Program-made: the position numbers and the translations under genes
Source of the DNA: Adineta vaga
Lineage: Eukaryota; Animalia; Rotifera
NCBI GenBank assembly: GCA_021613535.1
Contig: CP075492.1
Span: 16,430,001-16,494,000, forward strand
Length of the DNA stretch: 64,000 bases
Direction of reading: 5' to 3'
Shown here: positions 63,488-64,000 of the stretch, piece by piece
Layout of the letters: each line of letters opens with the position of its first letter
Position numbering within the stretch: position 1 is the stretch's first letter
Notes under the pieces: generated by a model
Database searches by the model: none
The model's input: only the letters and a program-made list of their open reading frames with translations
What the model was told of the DNA's origin: nothing

Positions 63488-64000
63488 GTTTGACGACACA
63501 GTCTAATCAGACTGGAATTCTTTTCTCTCTTATCATTAGTGTCCTCTAATAAATTAATTTTTCTTTTTCTCTTCAACATTTTTCCTTTCGGTCTTTTCCC
63601 ATCACACCATAAATTATTACAAGTGGGTGCGGTTATGTATTTAATGAGAACATCCTCACCTTTTTATTTCGAAAATGAGTGTATATAATTCTTTCTTTTT
63701 ATCAGTTGATAAAGATGCAGCTATTAATATTGATGTTAAGCATGATATATAGACATTCATTGTTCATCATTTATAATACAACAAAAATTGCAAAATTAAT
63801 ATAAATACTTAATCATACATATAGAGCGGGTAGACGATATTACATCACCGATTTCAATTTCTTTCAAAAAAGTCTTACTATCTTAGCATTCCTACATCTG
63901 TTTGAGTTTATTTTTTGATTGCGGAATAGAGCAAACATTTCTCTATCGATCTATGTAACTTTTAACTAAAAACACCAGAACACTACTGAGCACTGATCGA

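Noticed and set aside
1-64000. tRNA/rRNA genes
   Set aside because: None recognised by eye; tRNAscan-SE or Infernal would be needed to exclude them.

Overview
AT-rich eukaryotic DNA with short GT-AG introns. The gene families (NHL-REJ-GPS polycystin-like, TPR, F-box/LRR-like, kelch, a foreign-looking NRPS) and TGAGGG/TGTGGG telomere-type hexamers point to a bdelloid rotifer (inference). The window opens inside an intronless hybrid NRPS-PKS: A-T-C // A-T-KS-AT-[degenerate beta-lactamase/PBP fold]-ACP-TauD/SyrP-like dioxygenase, with no thioesterase and one -1 frameshift. Within the next ~40 kb lie a bacterial-type SAM methyltransferase carrying an intron, an atypical intronless P450 resembling fungal GliC-type enzymes, an unknown multi-exon gene, a canonical P450, an ABCB/P-glycoprotein with LAGGQ in both signature motifs, a SnoaL/NTF2 protein and a broken SDR. 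Together these are a candidate loosely organised animal secondary-metabolite cluster. The two P450s share a ~150 bp upstream element, and the two copies form an inverted repeat around the unknown gene. About 15 short palindromes or half-palindromes built from inverted telomere-like hexamers punctuate the window, several at gene breakpoints and one exactly at a GPS cleavage site. The right third holds pseudogenes, MITEs and SAA-like, ART-like, LamG-like and kelch genes. All calls are from motif recognition by eye; exon boundaries are manual.
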